This document shows positions 36,582-46,458 of a DNA stretch of 64,000 bases, in pieces. Position 1 is the first letter of the stretch. Every line of letters starts with the position of its first letter. The stretch is from an uncultured Candidatus Saccharibacteria bacterium (GTDB lineage: Bacteria; Patescibacteriota; Minisyncoccia; Phycocordibacterales; Phycocordibacteraceae), in contig CAYJLK010000003.1 of assembly GCA_964371445.1 (NCBI GenBank), positions 1,108 through 65,107 of the forward strand, read 5' to 3'. A model generated the notes under the pieces. It worked only from the letters and a program-made list of their open reading frames with translations. It was not told the DNA's origin and ran no database searches. The position numbers were made by a program, and so were the translations under genes.

Positions 36582-36935
36582 CTAGACAAATGCTATATAC
36601 GCAAGCTTGCGCGCGTCATTTGAGCCGCGGAGCGTGCGTTTTGTGATGCGGGTGTAGCCACCTTTGCGGTCGGCATAGCGCGGGCCGATAGTGCCGAAGA
36701 GCTTCTTCACCGCCTCCTTGTCGTGGATGCGCTGGATGGCGAGCCGACGACTGGCGAGCGTGTTCGACTTCGCATAGGTGACGAGCCGTTCAATAAACGG
36801 ACGGAGCGCCTTTGCCTTGGCTTCGGTCGTCGAGATGCGCTCTTCGAGGACGAGGGAGCGAGCGAGCGAGCGGATCAACGCCGCGCGCTGTCCGGTCTCG
36901 CGATGGAAGGTCTGTGCTTTTTTAGTAAATGCCAT
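36582..36935 (-). CDS. rplQ: 50S ribosomal protein L17
   Basis: RISTTEAKAKALRP..ERLVT, RYADRKGGYTRI. Confidence 0.95.
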   Translation of the reverse strand: MAFTKKAQTFHRETGQRAALIRSLARSLVLEERISTTEAKAKALRPFIERLVTYAKSNTLASRRLAIQRIHDKEAVKKLFGTIGPRYADRKGGYTRITKRTLRGSNDARKLAYIAFV

Positions 36936-36940
36936 ATGTC

Positions 36941-37891
36941 TTATTCACCTTTCAGGGTGAGGCCGAAGCCGGCGAGAGATTCAGAAATCTCTTCAACCGC
37001 CTTCTCGCCGATGCCGTCGAGCTCTTTAAGTTGGGTCGCCGACTTGCGTGCGAGACCGGCAGCACTCTTGATGCCGGCGCCTTCAAGCGAGGAAACGATG
37101 CGTGCGGAGAGGCCCATATCGGCGACCTTCACCTTCGTCGCCTCAGTGGTGCCCTCGGCAGACGCCTTCGCTGTGGAACCGCCTCCTGTCGACACCGGCT
37201 CGTTCTCCTGGAAGCCGATCACGGCGCGGAGCTGGTGAATCATCGTCTCGATGGACTGCTCAAGCGCCTCACGCGGCGCGATGGTGCCGTTGGTCTCGAT
37301 AAGGATGCGCAGGCGATTGAAATCGGTGCGGTCGCCGACGCGCATGTTCTCCACCTCATAGTTCACACGGCGGATCGGCGTGAAGGTCGCATCAAGTGCG
37401 ATAGTGCCGATGTCGACCTTATCTTTCGTGAGCACCTCGCGCGCGACGTAGCCCAAACCGCGCTCGATAGTCGCTTCGAGCTCGAGGACCGCCTTACCCG
37501 AGAGGTCAGCGATGTGCTGTTCGGGATTCTTAATCTCGACCTGGCTTGGCAGGTTAAAATCTTTTGCCGTAATCTCGCCGGTACCCTTCGCGACGAGTGA
37601 AATGGTCTGCGGCTCGTCGCCATGAAGCACGAAATGCACACGCTTGAGGTTCAAGAGGATCTCCATGACCGTCTCGCGCGCACCGTCGATAGTGGCGAAC
37701 TCGTGCGGAACGCCCTCGATCTTCACCTGCGTCACCGCTGCGCCGGGGAGCGATGAGAGGATGATGCGGCGAAGCGAGTTGCCGAGCGTGTGACCGTAGC
37801 CCGGATAGAGTGAATCTATTTCATAGACGCCCTGCAGTCCTTCTTCAGAGACGATGCGCGGCTTGCTGGGAAGTGTAATGTGGTATTCCAT
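36941..37891 (-). CDS. rpoA: RNA polymerase alpha subunit
   Basis: GYGHTLGNSLRRIILSSLPGAAVT, LDATFTPIRRVNYEVEN.RVG. Confidence 0.97.
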   Translation of the reverse strand: MEYHITLPSKPRIVSEEGLQGVYEIDSLYPGYGHTLGNSLRRIILSSLPGAAVTQVKIEGVPHEFATIDGARETVMEILLNLKRVHFVLHGDEPQTISLVAKGTGEITAKDFNLPSQVEIKNPEQHIADLSGKAVLELEATIERGLGYVAREVLTKDKVDIGTIALDATFTPIRRVNYEVENMRVGDRTDFNRLRILIETNGTIAPREALEQSIETMIHQLRAVIGFQENEPVSTGGGSTAKASAEGTTEATKVKVADMGLSARIVSSLEGAGIKSAAGLARKSATQLKELDGIGEKAVEEISESLAGFGLTLKGE

Positions 37892-37924
37892 AACTCAATC
37901 GTAATTACCGGTAAATAATAAAAA

Positions 37925-38536
37925 CTAACGCGTGTAGAACGAGAGCACTGCGGCCAAGTCGCCCGCCGGATCCGCCGATGCGGCGGTCGGACGCTCCGAA
38001 ACCGCACCTTCCATCTTCTTCGCGTCCCACCGAAGCCACGACGGGAGCGGACGCTCCGCAAACTTCTCCGCGAAGCCGACGAGAACGCCGTGCTCCTTGG
38101 AGCCCTCGCGCACAGCGATGACGTCGCCGACGCCGAGCGCCTGCGACGGCACGCGGCTCTTCTTGCCGCCGACCATCACGTGACCGTGCGCGACCATCTG
38201 GCGCGCGCCGCGTCGCGTCGAGGCGAGGCCGAGGCGCCACACGACGTTGTCGAGACGGAGCTCGAGAAGCTCGTGGAGGCGATCCTTCGGCTGGGCGCTG
38301 TGCACTGCGAGCGCCTTGCGCACATAGTTGCGGAACTGGCGCTCGGTAAGCCCATAGGTCACGCGCACCTTCTGCTTCTCGAGCATCTGCTTGCCGTATT
38401 CGCTTTGGCGCCCGCGCCCGCGGCGCTTATTCTTAGCAGAGCGCTCGGCAGAAATCGCAAACTTCTGCGTTTGCGCTTTCTCGAAGACGGTCGCGCCGAG
38501 GCGCTTCGCTATTTTATATCGTGGTCCGGTAATCAT
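37925..38536 (-). CDS. rpsD: 30S ribosomal protein S4
   Basis: SEYG.Q..EKQK, LELRLDNVVWRLG, ARQMVAHGH. Confidence 0.97.
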   Translation of the reverse strand: MITGPRYKIAKRLGATVFEKAQTQKFAISAERSAKNKRRGRGRQSEYGKQMLEKQKVRVTYGLTERQFRNYVRKALAVHSAQPKDRLHELLELRLDNVVWRLGLASTRRGARQMVAHGHVMVGGKKSRVPSQALGVGDVIAVREGSKEHGVLVGFAEKFAERPLPSWLRWDAKKMEGAVSERPTAASADPAGDLAAVLSFYTR

Positions 38537-38551
38537 GGTGCAGGTAAAAGG

Positions 38552-38986
38552 TTATACGCGACGAGGCTTCGGCGGACGCGGACCGTTATGCGGCACCGGT
38601 GTCACATCCTTGATGGACTTGATCTGCACGCCCTTGCCCGAGAAGGCGCGAAGCACCGACTCGCGACCGGCACCGACACCGCGGATGATGACCGTCGCTT
38701 CCTTGAGTCCGATCATCATACCCTTCTCGCCGAGAAATTCGCCGACCTTCGCCGCCGCATACGGCGTCGACTTACGCGCGCCGGAGAACCCGAGCGCGCC
38801 GGCAGAAGACGAGACGACGGCGTTGCCCTTTTCGTCGGTAAGGATGGCCTTGGTGTTATTGAAAGTCGCTTCGATGTGCAAGATGCCTTTCTCGAGATGA
38901 CGCTTGGTAACCTTCGACATGGCGCGCTCCTTCCGCCCGGCATCCATGCCTCTCCCGCTCTTCTTGATGATGCGTTTCTTTCCCAT
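38552..38986 (-). CDS. rpsK: 30S ribosomal protein S11
   Basis: ATFNNT, GARKSTPYAA, DVTPVPHNGPRPPK.RRV. Confidence 0.97.
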   Translation of the reverse strand: MGKKRIIKKSGRGMDAGRKERAMSKVTKRHLEKGILHIEATFNNTKAILTDEKGNAVVSSSAGALGFSGARKSTPYAAAKVGEFLGEKGMMIGLKEATVIIRGVGAGRESVLRAFSGKGVQIKSIKDVTPVPHNGPRPPKPRRV

Positions 38987-38988
38987 AT

Positions 38989-39369
38989 TTAGGTCTTTTC
39001 GAGCGTACGACGGCCGGAGGTCATCGTCTTACGGACGTTGCCGCGACGCGTGCGCGAGTTTGTCTTCGTGCGCTGGCCGCGCACTGGCATCCCGCGCGTG
39101 TGGCGCTCGCCGCGCGCCGAACGGATATCCTTCAGGCGCTTGATGTTCTGTCCGATCTCGCGGCGCAGCTCGCCTTCGATCGTGAAGCCTTCGGCAAGCA
39201 GGCGGATCTTCTGCTCCTCATCGGCAGTGAGGTCGCTCCCCTTCTTTGTCGCAGCAATGCCGACCTGCTTCAGGATGTCGCGCGCGCGCGTCGGTCCGAT
39301 GCCGAAGATAAGCGGCAATGAATACGCGAGCTGCTTGTTATCGGGGAGTGTGACGCCGGCTATACGCAT
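38989..39369 (-). CDS. rpsM: 30S ribosomal protein S13
   Basis: RIAGV.LP, IEGELRR, PVRGQRTKTNSRTR. Confidence 0.97.
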   Translation of the reverse strand: MRIAGVTLPDNKQLAYSLPLIFGIGPTRARDILKQVGIAATKKGSDLTADEEQKIRLLAEGFTIEGELRREIGQNIKRLKDIRSARGERHTRGMPVRGQRTKTNSRTRRGNVRKTMTSGRRTLEKT

Positions 39370-39405
39370 ACGAATAAATTTAAAAGTTTAAATATGTAAA
39401 TATCT

Positions 39406-39522
39406 TTAACCCTGACGTGCCTTGCGGCGCGGATTCTTCTTATTGATACGGTACAGACGCCCGCCGCGGCGGACGAGCTGGTCTCCTGATTGCTGGACTT
39501 TGATAGACGCACGGACTTTCAT
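39406..39522 (-). CDS. rpmJ: 50S ribosomal protein L36 (cysteine-free type)
   Basis: Hand translation [38 protein letters not shown]; lies between infA and rpsM. Confidence 0.93.
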   Translation of the reverse strand: MKVRASIKVQQSGDQLVRRGGRLYRINKKNPRRKARQG

Positions 39523-39541
39523 CTTGAAAATTAAAAGTGAA

Positions 39542-39781
39542 TTACGTTAATCGGCGCACGATCCTCGCGCGACCCCCATACGGGTCAAGCACCATATCCA
39601 CCTGGTCGCCGACCAGAACGCGGATACGATGCAGACGCATCTTCCCTGCAAGGTAGGCGAGCTTCAACTCCCCTTCTCCCCCCTCCTCCGCGGCGGGCAG
39701 GCGAACGCGAAAAAGCGAGTTCGGCAACACTTCTTCAACGGTCCCTACCGTTGTTGATTTTGTTTCGTCGCCGTCACTCAT
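39542..39781 (-). CDS. infA: Translation initiation factor IF-1
   Basis: [32 protein letters not shown]. Confidence 0.93.
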   Translation of the reverse strand: MSDGDETKSTTVGTVEEVLPNSLFRVRLPAAEEGGEGELKLAYLAGKMRLHRIRVLVGDQVDMVLDPYGGRARIVRRLT

Positions 39782-39848
39782 TTAAGCTTCCTTCATGCAG
39801 GTACTCCAATAATCTAGCAGGTATCTGAAAAACCGTCAACAACCGCCT

Positions 39849-41054
39849 CTACGGATTCGCCACGACGACCGAAATAGAGGCCGGATCCTGGGGAAAGGTC
39901 TGCCGCCAGAAGGGGCGCAGGATGATGACTGCCCGCTTGACCTCGGGGTAATTTGTGAGCGCTACCTCGGCGGCGGCTCTCGTCTTCCCGCTTACGGCGG
40001 CACTGATGCGGGTCGAATCGACGGTGTAGATAAGCGACGCCGTACCGCTCATCTTGAAGGCAAATGACTTTGCTTCCGGCGTAGGCATATCGGTTTCCGG
40101 AGCGAGCTCGAGCTTGCTTGCCGGAGCGAGCGTCAACGCCTCGCCTTGATAGCCAAGCCCGGTCACCGATTCGGCAACTGCCTTTGCGAGCGCGGCATTC
40201 GGAAAGATGACCGCGGTAATCGTCGCCTGTTCTCTCACTTCGACCATGCCGGTCGTCGACGAAGGAGCCGAGTCGAGCGCCTCGTAGGTCGTCGCCGACG
40301 CACCCGGAAGAAGCACGTAGCCGGGAGGAACCTTCGCGTCGAGGCTCGACGCGAGGTCCGGCGCAAGCGCCTTGATAAGCGCATCCCTCGCCTCTGCCTC
40401 CAGAGTCGCATCGACGACCGGGACACTCCCCGAGGCGCCGCCCGTCATCTGATTCGTCGAGCGCGCGTAGACTTGGGTCGCTTGGGGCGTTCCGGCAAAT
40501 CCGGGAATAGTGAAGGAGGTCGGGGCGATATTGTAGGTACTGCCTGCCTGATCCGCATAGACCTTCGCGACGACACTCCCGGGATTTGCAGCGGTACCGC
40601 CTGGAATGGTTATTGCGGTACGAATGCGGAAGATAAGCCCCGCAGAAGTTGCAAAACGGGTGGTCGCGATAAGTTTCTGGGACTTCGCTTGCGTGTTGTA
40701 GACGGTGATATTTCCGGAAGCAAAAGAGTTCACGGTCTTAGTGCCGTTCCCTTTGACGCTCTGCGACGCTATCTTCTGCGCGGTGATGATCTCAAACGGC
40801 AGGTCGCCGGAACTCTGGGTCGCGATAAAGGAGCTCTGGACCGCCGCGGAGACGGTATTCGGCGTCACCTCGACTTTAGCGCTGGAGAAATAGAGGAGCG
40901 CACCGAGAGACACTGCGATGACGAAGATAATGGCGAGGAGCGTCGCATACGGGAAGCGGGACCTCCCCGTTCGACCCGAGGCGACAGACTTGCTTAACGG
41001 TTCTACTTCCCTACTACGGCGAGACGGCGGAGTGATGTCGTTGAGTGTGCGCAT
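39849..41054 (-). CDS. Single-TM protein with baseplate-J-like beta domain
   Basis: TM, then ASGNITVYN...LIATTRF...GLIFR...ITIPG...ADQAGSTYNI. Confidence 0.6.
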   Translation of the reverse strand: MRTLNDITPPSRRSREVEPLSKSVASGRTGRSRFPYATLLAIIFVIAVSLGALLYFSSAKVEVTPNTVSAAVQSSFIATQSSGDLPFEIITAQKIASQSVKGNGTKTVNSFASGNITVYNTQAKSQKLIATTRFATSAGLIFRIRTAITIPGGTAANPGSVVAKVYADQAGSTYNIAPTSFTIPGFAGTPQATQVYARSTNQMTGGASGSVPVVDATLEAEARDALIKALAPDLASSLDAKVPPGYVLLPGASATTYEALDSAPSSTTGMVEVREQATITAVIFPNAALAKAVAESVTGLGYQGEALTLAPASKLELAPETDMPTPEAKSFAFKMSGTASLIYTVDSTRISAAVSGKTRAAAEVALTNYPEVKRAVIILRPFWRQTFPQDPASISVVVANP

Positions 41055-41100
41055 ATAAGACTCAGTATACCAGTTTTATAGGTCGAGGTCAGTCTATCCA

Positions 41101-42150
41101 CTACAGCTCCCGCTCATGTCTCGCTTGGTAGTAGATGGCGATAAGGAGGAGCAAGAGGTCGGGGGTAGCCGCCGCAGACTGGCGCACGAGCCCGGTGATA
41201 TGACTCGCAAGCACCGAGATTATTTTCGGCGGGTTATCCGAGAGCCAGAGCTCTCCCAGGCTTGCCGAATCGAGCGCTTCGCGCAGGTCGGACACTTCCG
41301 GTTCGCGAGCAAGCAGAAATATCGTCCGCGGCAGGGGGAAATGTTTCGCGAGTTCGGCGAGTTCGTCTCCAATATGCCCGACCCAGGAGCCGATAGTATC
41401 CGCATCCGACACCTTGACTTCAGTTATCGAAACAAACAAGCCTTTCCGTATAAGCGCGATAGAGGTGAGCGGCCCTGTCGCGTCGAGAATGAGCGCATCG
41501 CGCTCGTGCGGAAACGCCTTCTGCATCGCCTGATAGCGGAGCGAACTTCCCGCGATAGTGAGGATATCGGTGGTGTGATAGATACTCTGTAGAGTCTTCG
41601 CGACACTCTCCGCGACTTTCGCATCAATGAGCGACGTCAAAACAATAACGGCGGCCCGATGCACCTCCTTCCCGTACGGATCACGCGACTCGTAGCCATT
41701 GAGAATCGTACCGATGATACTCTCGTCGGCAAGCGTCTTCCCGGGCGTGGTTACCCTCGTTCTTTCCAGCGTCTCGGCGACAAGATTTTTGGTGAAGATA
41801 AACGACTCTCCTTGCTCGAACATTTCGGTACGTATCGAAGTCTCCTGCCATGGTGCATCGATGGAAACGAGGATTGCATCGGCATTTCCGCTTCCGGTCG
41901 TTCGAGCGAGGATCGGCGCGCCTTCGCGAACGAGCGTATTGCCGAGCGTGATGAGCGCACGCGTCATAGCCTCTTCTCGCGGCTCGTCCGCGCGGACTTC
42001 GATGGGGAAACGCCGTGTATAGAGGAGTGCGGGCGGCTCACCCTCCGCATATCGCGCGTACGCTCCCGCGACCGAGGTTATGCCGATATCAATAAGTACA
42101 ACCGACGTGCCCTTTTTCTTACCGCTAAAAAGATCAGCTATGAAACTCAT
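41101..42150 (-). CDS. Degenerate FtsA/PilM-like (actin-fold) hypothetical protein
   Basis: VVLIDIGITSVAG phosphate-1-like and LILDATG..TSI phosphate-2-like segments. Confidence 0.5.
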   Translation of the reverse strand: MSFIADLFSGKKKGTSVVLIDIGITSVAGAYARYAEGEPPALLYTRRFPIEVRADEPREEAMTRALITLGNTLVREGAPILARTTGSGNADAILVSIDAPWQETSIRTEMFEQGESFIFTKNLVAETLERTRVTTPGKTLADESIIGTILNGYESRDPYGKEVHRAAVIVLTSLIDAKVAESVAKTLQSIYHTTDILTIAGSSLRYQAMQKAFPHERDALILDATGPLTSIALIRKGLFVSITEVKVSDADTIGSWVGHIGDELAELAKHFPLPRTIFLLAREPEVSDLREALDSASLGELWLSDNPPKIISVLASHITGLVRQSAAATPDLLLLLIAIYYQARHEREL

Positions 42151-42154
42151 CAGC

Positions 42155-44017
42155 TCATTCTAACACCGCCTTGATGCGACGGATGCCGGCGGACGACGCT
42201 TCTTCTTTCAAAATTTTAAATGTCCCCTTGAGCTCGCTTGTGTTGGAGACGTGCGGACCGCCGCAGAATTCTATTGAAAACGCGCTGTCCAAGGGTCCGA
42301 CCGAGTACACCGAGACCGTGTCCGGGTACGTCGCACCGAACTCGTGTTCAGCACCAAGCTTCTCCGCTTCCTCCTTTTTCATATCGGTACGAATGACGGG
42401 AATCGCTTCGGCTATCTTCTCGTTCACGATTCTTTCCACCTCTGCCTTCTGCTCCGGCGTCATCTTGGCACCGTAGGAGAAGTCGATGCGCAAGCGTTCG
42501 CTCGTGATGTTGCTCCCCCGCTGATGCACTTCGCTCCCGAGCACCATCTGGAGAGCCTTCAAGAGGAGGTGGTGTGCCGTGTGATAACGGACCGTCTGTT
42601 CTGCGTGGTCGGCGAGCCCGCCCGCGAACTTCTGCGCCGCGCCCGCACGCGAGAGCGCCTGGTGCTCTTCCATTTTCGCCTTCACCGCGTCCATAGGGAG
42701 CGCGATGCCGCGCTCCCTTGCAATCTCTTCGGTGAGCTCTATCGGAAAACCGTAGGTTGTGAAGAGCATGAAGGCATCGATAGAGCTCCCCATCTTCTCA
42801 AGCTCGCGCTGACCTTGTGTGAGCGTCTTACGGAACTGCGCTTCTTCTTTCACCAACTCTTCTTTAATCTGCGAGGCACTTTCATATATGAAAGTGTACT
42901 GGTCTCGGTATGCTTGACCGAATCCCTCGGCAACCTCTGCAAGCACGGCGTCCTTGATGCCGAGCTTGTCAGCTTCGCGGATAGAGCGGCGGATAAGCCG
43001 TCGCAGAACGTACCCTTGCTCAGAATTCCCCGGTCGGATGCCGGAAGCGATGAAGAACGATGCCGCGCGCATGTGGTCGAGGATGATACGGAACGAACGG
43101 GTTGCGTCGACATCGCCATATGACCTCCCCGAGCGCTTCTCGATAACCGCGCGTGCAGCGTTGAACACATCAATCATAAAAATATCCGGGTTCCCTATCG
43201 ACGCGAAGGCAAGCCGCTCGAGCCCGCCGCCGAAGTCTACATTGCGCTTCGGCAACTCGGTAAACGAGCCGTCAGCCTGCTTTACGTACTGCATGAAAAC
43301 TGAATTCGCGATTTCGACGAAGCGGCCGCAGTCGCAATTCACATGACATTCCTTTCCCCATTTCGGGTCGTGCGGAGTGCCGAAGTCGTAGAACACTTCT
43401 GAATCCGGACCGCCCGGCTCACCGGGCGGCATTTTAGCCGGTACGCCCGAGCGACTCCACCAATTTTTCTTCGCTCCGTAGGAGAAGATGCGGCCGCCCT
43501 GCATGCCCTTCTCGTATCCAGCCTCCTCGGTGCCGATACGGACAAGCTCGGCAGGCATCCCTTTTGCGGCGAAATTCTTCTTCCAGATTTCAACCGCTTC
43601 AGTATCAAGGTCCATCCCCGTACTTTCGTCGCCGTCGAAGACGGTTACATAGAGCTTGGCGGGATCGAAACCGAGACCCTCTTCTGTAGAGGTAAGGAAT
43701 TCAAATACCCACGGGAGTTGCTCCTGCTTGAAGTAGTCTCCCAAACTCCAGTTTCCCAGCATTTCAAAAAAAGTTGTGTGGCGATTGTCACCCACCTCTT
43801 CAATGTCTTCAGCACGAAATGACATCTGAGAATCGGTCAAGCGATTACCTTCTGGATGCGGCTGGCCCAAGAGGTACGGGACAAGCGGTTGCATCCCACT
43901 GCTGGTGAAAAGCGTGGTGGGGTCATTCTCGGGCACGATAGGCGCCGAGGGGATGACTGCATGTCCCCGCTTGGCAAAAAACTCTAAGTAGCGCTTGCGT
44001 ACGTCTGCGACGTTCAT
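42155..44017 (-). CDS. alaS: Alanine--tRNA ligase (short; ends after the editing domain)
   Basis: DPTTLFTSSGMQ, HTTFFEMLGNWS, GPDSEVF, HTAHHLL, EFCGGPHV. Confidence 0.96.
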   Translation of the reverse strand: MNVADVRKRYLEFFAKRGHAVIPSAPIVPENDPTTLFTSSGMQPLVPYLLGQPHPEGNRLTDSQMSFRAEDIEEVGDNRHTTFFEMLGNWSLGDYFKQEQLPWVFEFLTSTEEGLGFDPAKLYVTVFDGDESTGMDLDTEAVEIWKKNFAAKGMPAELVRIGTEEAGYEKGMQGGRIFSYGAKKNWWSRSGVPAKMPPGEPGGPDSEVFYDFGTPHDPKWGKECHVNCDCGRFVEIANSVFMQYVKQADGSFTELPKRNVDFGGGLERLAFASIGNPDIFMIDVFNAARAVIEKRSGRSYGDVDATRSFRIILDHMRAASFFIASGIRPGNSEQGYVLRRLIRRSIREADKLGIKDAVLAEVAEGFGQAYRDQYTFIYESASQIKEELVKEEAQFRKTLTQGQRELEKMGSSIDAFMLFTTYGFPIELTEEIARERGIALPMDAVKAKMEEHQALSRAGAAQKFAGGLADHAEQTVRYHTAHHLLLKALQMVLGSEVHQRGSNITSERLRIDFSYGAKMTPEQKAEVERIVNEKIAEAIPVIRTDMKKEEAEKLGAEHEFGATYPDTVSVYSVGPLDSAFSIEFCGGPHVSNTSELKGTFKILKEEASSAGIRRIKAVLE

Positions 44018-44063
44018 GAGGAAAAAGATAGCATGAGATACAGGATTCATATACTATGCGTCT

Positions 44064-46028
44064 ATGAAAAAAGATTGGGGATTCGATGCACGAGATATTG
44101 ATGCTAAGGTCCGGCCTCAGGACGATTTTTATCTCTACGCGAACGGCGGTTGGCTCGCGAAGAATCCGGTGCCGCCCCACGAATCGCGATGGGGCTCCTT
44201 CATGATTTTGCGCTATGACACCGAGAAGAAGCTCCGCACTCTGGTGACAAAGGTGCAGCAGATGAAGCATCTTGCGGCCGGGAGCCCAGAACAGATGGTG
44301 CGCGACTTGTATCGTTCGGCACTCGACATGAAGACTCGTAATGCATTGGGGATAAAACCGCTCAAAACATGGCTCGAGCGCATCGCGAACATCAAAGACA
44401 TCCGATCGCTTGTCGAAACCTTCGCCCATCTCGAGACAATAGGCGGCGGCGGCCCGTGGGGGCTCATGGTCGATCAGGATATGCAGGACAGCGAGACCTA
44501 CATCGTCTATCTGCATCAGAGCGGTCTTGGGATGCCCGACCGCGACTACTACTTGAAGAATGATGCCGAGTCGAAGCGCGTACGTTCTGCCTACGAGAAG
44601 CATCTTGAAGCGATATCCGCCCTCATGGGCAAACCGAGGGGAGAGGCAAAGCGCGATCGAGAAACAGTGATGCGCCTTGAAACCGCCATCGCGAAAGCTT
44701 CGATGACGAAAGAGGACCTGCGTGATGTGGACAAGACCTACCACAAGATGCGGACGACCGCGCTCGCACGCCTCGCTCATTCGGTCGACTGGAAGGCATA
44801 CTTCCGCATCACCGGCGCCGGCGCTGTGCGCGAGGTCGTCGTAATGCAGCCGAAATTTCTCGAAGCGATTAATGCCCTTATTGCAAAGGAGCCGCTTGCG
44901 GATTGGAAGACGTATCTCACGTGGCATCTCGTCGGCGGCTCCGCAGGCTATCTCTCAGCCAAATTTGAGAAGCAGAACTTCGCCTTCTACGGGACAGTGC
45001 TCTCTGGAGTGAAGGTGATGAAGCCCTTGTGGCGGCGCGCCTTGGGCGGGGTGAACGGCAATATCGGCGAAGTGCTCGGCAAGCTGTATGTGAAAGAATA
45101 TTTCGGCCCCGGGGCGAAGCACAAGATAAAGACCGTCGTCGCTGACCTCTTCGAGGCTTATGCAGCGCGTATCAAGCATCTCGACTGGATGAGTCCCGCG
45201 ACTAAAAAGAAAGCGCTTAAGAAGCTCGGCGAGATAACCCGCAAGCTTGGGTATCCTGACAAGTGGAAGAGCTATCGCGGTCTCGTCATCAAGCCAGATG
45301 ACTACTTCGGCAATGCGGTTCGCGCAATTCTCTTTGAACACAAGCGCGTCATGAACCGATTGAAGAAGCCGGTCGACCGCACCGAGTGGTTTATGACGCC
45401 GCAGACCGTGAATGCGTATTGCAGTTTCGGTATGAATGATGTCGTCTTCCCCGCCGCCATCCTGCAGCCGCCATTCTTTGACGCGAGCGCCGACGATGCG
45501 GTCAATTATGGCTCGATCGGCTCGGTTATCGGCCACGAGATAACGCATGCATTTGACGACCAAGGATCCAAGTTCGACGGCAAGGGCAACCGCAAGACGT
45601 GGTGGACGGCAGCTGACCAGGCGCGCTTCAACAAAAAGGCGAACGTGCTCGTGAAGCAGTTTAACGAATACACCGTTGCTGGCGGACTCAACGTGAACGG
45701 CCAGCTGACACTTGGCGAGAACATCGCTGACCTCGGTGGCGCCTCGATCGCCTTCGACGCCTATCAGCTCCGCTTGGCGAAGACAGGACGAAAGGATATA
45801 GCTGGCCTCACGCCTGAACAGCGCTTCTTCCTCTCTTTTGCGCTCTTCGATCGCGAGAATCGCCGCCCGGAGTCGGAGAAAACAGCGGTGCTCACTGATC
45901 CGCACTCGCCCGGCCAATTTCGCATCAACGGCCCAGCCTCGAACCTCCCCGAGTTCTACGAAGCGTTTGGCGTCAAAAAAGGCGACGAGCTCTACCGTGC
46001 TCCCAAAGATCGCGCGAAGATTTGGTAA
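44064..46028 (+). CDS. pepO: M13 zinc endopeptidase PepO
   Basis: PQDDFY..ANG.W, VNAY, GHEITHAFDDQG, GENIADLGG, DPHSP..FR.NG. Confidence 0.92.
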   Translation: MKKDWGFDARDIDAKVRPQDDFYLYANGGWLAKNPVPPHESRWGSFMILRYDTEKKLRTLVTKVQQMKHLAAGSPEQMVRDLYRSALDMKTRNALGIKPLKTWLERIANIKDIRSLVETFAHLETIGGGGPWGLMVDQDMQDSETYIVYLHQSGLGMPDRDYYLKNDAESKRVRSAYEKHLEAISALMGKPRGEAKRDRETVMRLETAIAKASMTKEDLRDVDKTYHKMRTTALARLAHSVDWKAYFRITGAGAVREVVVMQPKFLEAINALIAKEPLADWKTYLTWHLVGGSAGYLSAKFEKQNFAFYGTVLSGVKVMKPLWRRALGGVNGNIGEVLGKLYVKEYFGPGAKHKIKTVVADLFEAYAARIKHLDWMSPATKKKALKKLGEITRKLGYPDKWKSYRGLVIKPDDYFGNAVRAILFEHKRVMNRLKKPVDRTEWFMTPQTVNAYCSFGMNDVVFPAAILQPPFFDASADDAVNYGSIGSVIGHEITHAFDDQGSKFDGKGNRKTWWTAADQARFNKKANVLVKQFNEYTVAGGLNVNGQLTLGENIADLGGASIAFDAYQLRLAKTGRKDIAGLTPEQRFFLSFALFDRENRRPESEKTAVLTDPHSPGQFRINGPASNLPEFYEAFGVKKGDELYRAPKDRAKIW

Positions 46029-46038
46029 CATAGCTACA

Positions 46039-46410
46039 ATGAATACTTCCCAACCAAAAATTATCGCCTTCGACTTCGACGGAGTACTCGCTACCTACAA
46101 CGGATTCATCTCGAAAGAGGATATTCAGGCGCCCAATCCTGAGGTGGTGAAGGCGATTACTCTGCTCAAAGAACAAGGATACAAGATCCTCATTCACTCC
46201 ACGCGCGGAGACGAGTTTTTAGAGAAATACTGCAAGCAATTTTCCATACCGGTTGATTACATAAATCGGCATATGCACCGCGAGGGAGACAATCCGGGCA
46301 AGCCCATCGCCTTCGTCTACGTGGACGATCGCGCCATCTGTTACAGGGGAGAAAACGCTGAATCACTCGTCTCTGAAATTATCAGTTTCAAACCGCACTG
46401 GCAGAAATAA
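46039..46410 (+). CDS. Small HAD-superfamily phosphatase-like protein
   Basis: IAFDFDGVL, IHSTR, KP.AFVYVDDRA. Confidence 0.8.
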   Translation: MNTSQPKIIAFDFDGVLATYNGFISKEDIQAPNPEVVKAITLLKEQGYKILIHSTRGDEFLEKYCKQFSIPVDYINRHMHREGDNPGKPIAFVYVDDRAICYRGENAESLVSEIISFKPHWQK

Positions 46411-46411
46411 T

Positions 46412-46443
46412 AAAAACACCGCGGAGTTTCCTCCGCGGGTTTT
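46412..46443. terminator. Terminator between convergent genes
   Basis: AAAAACACCGCGGAG-TTTC-CTCCGCGGGTTTT. Confidence 0.75.
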
Positions 46444-46458
46444 CAAGTGGTGTGCTGA

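Noticed and set aside
39849-41054. Prophage inferred from baseplate-J-like and S74 domains
   Set aside because: No capsid, terminase, portal or integrase genes; the genes are isolated in a housekeeping context.
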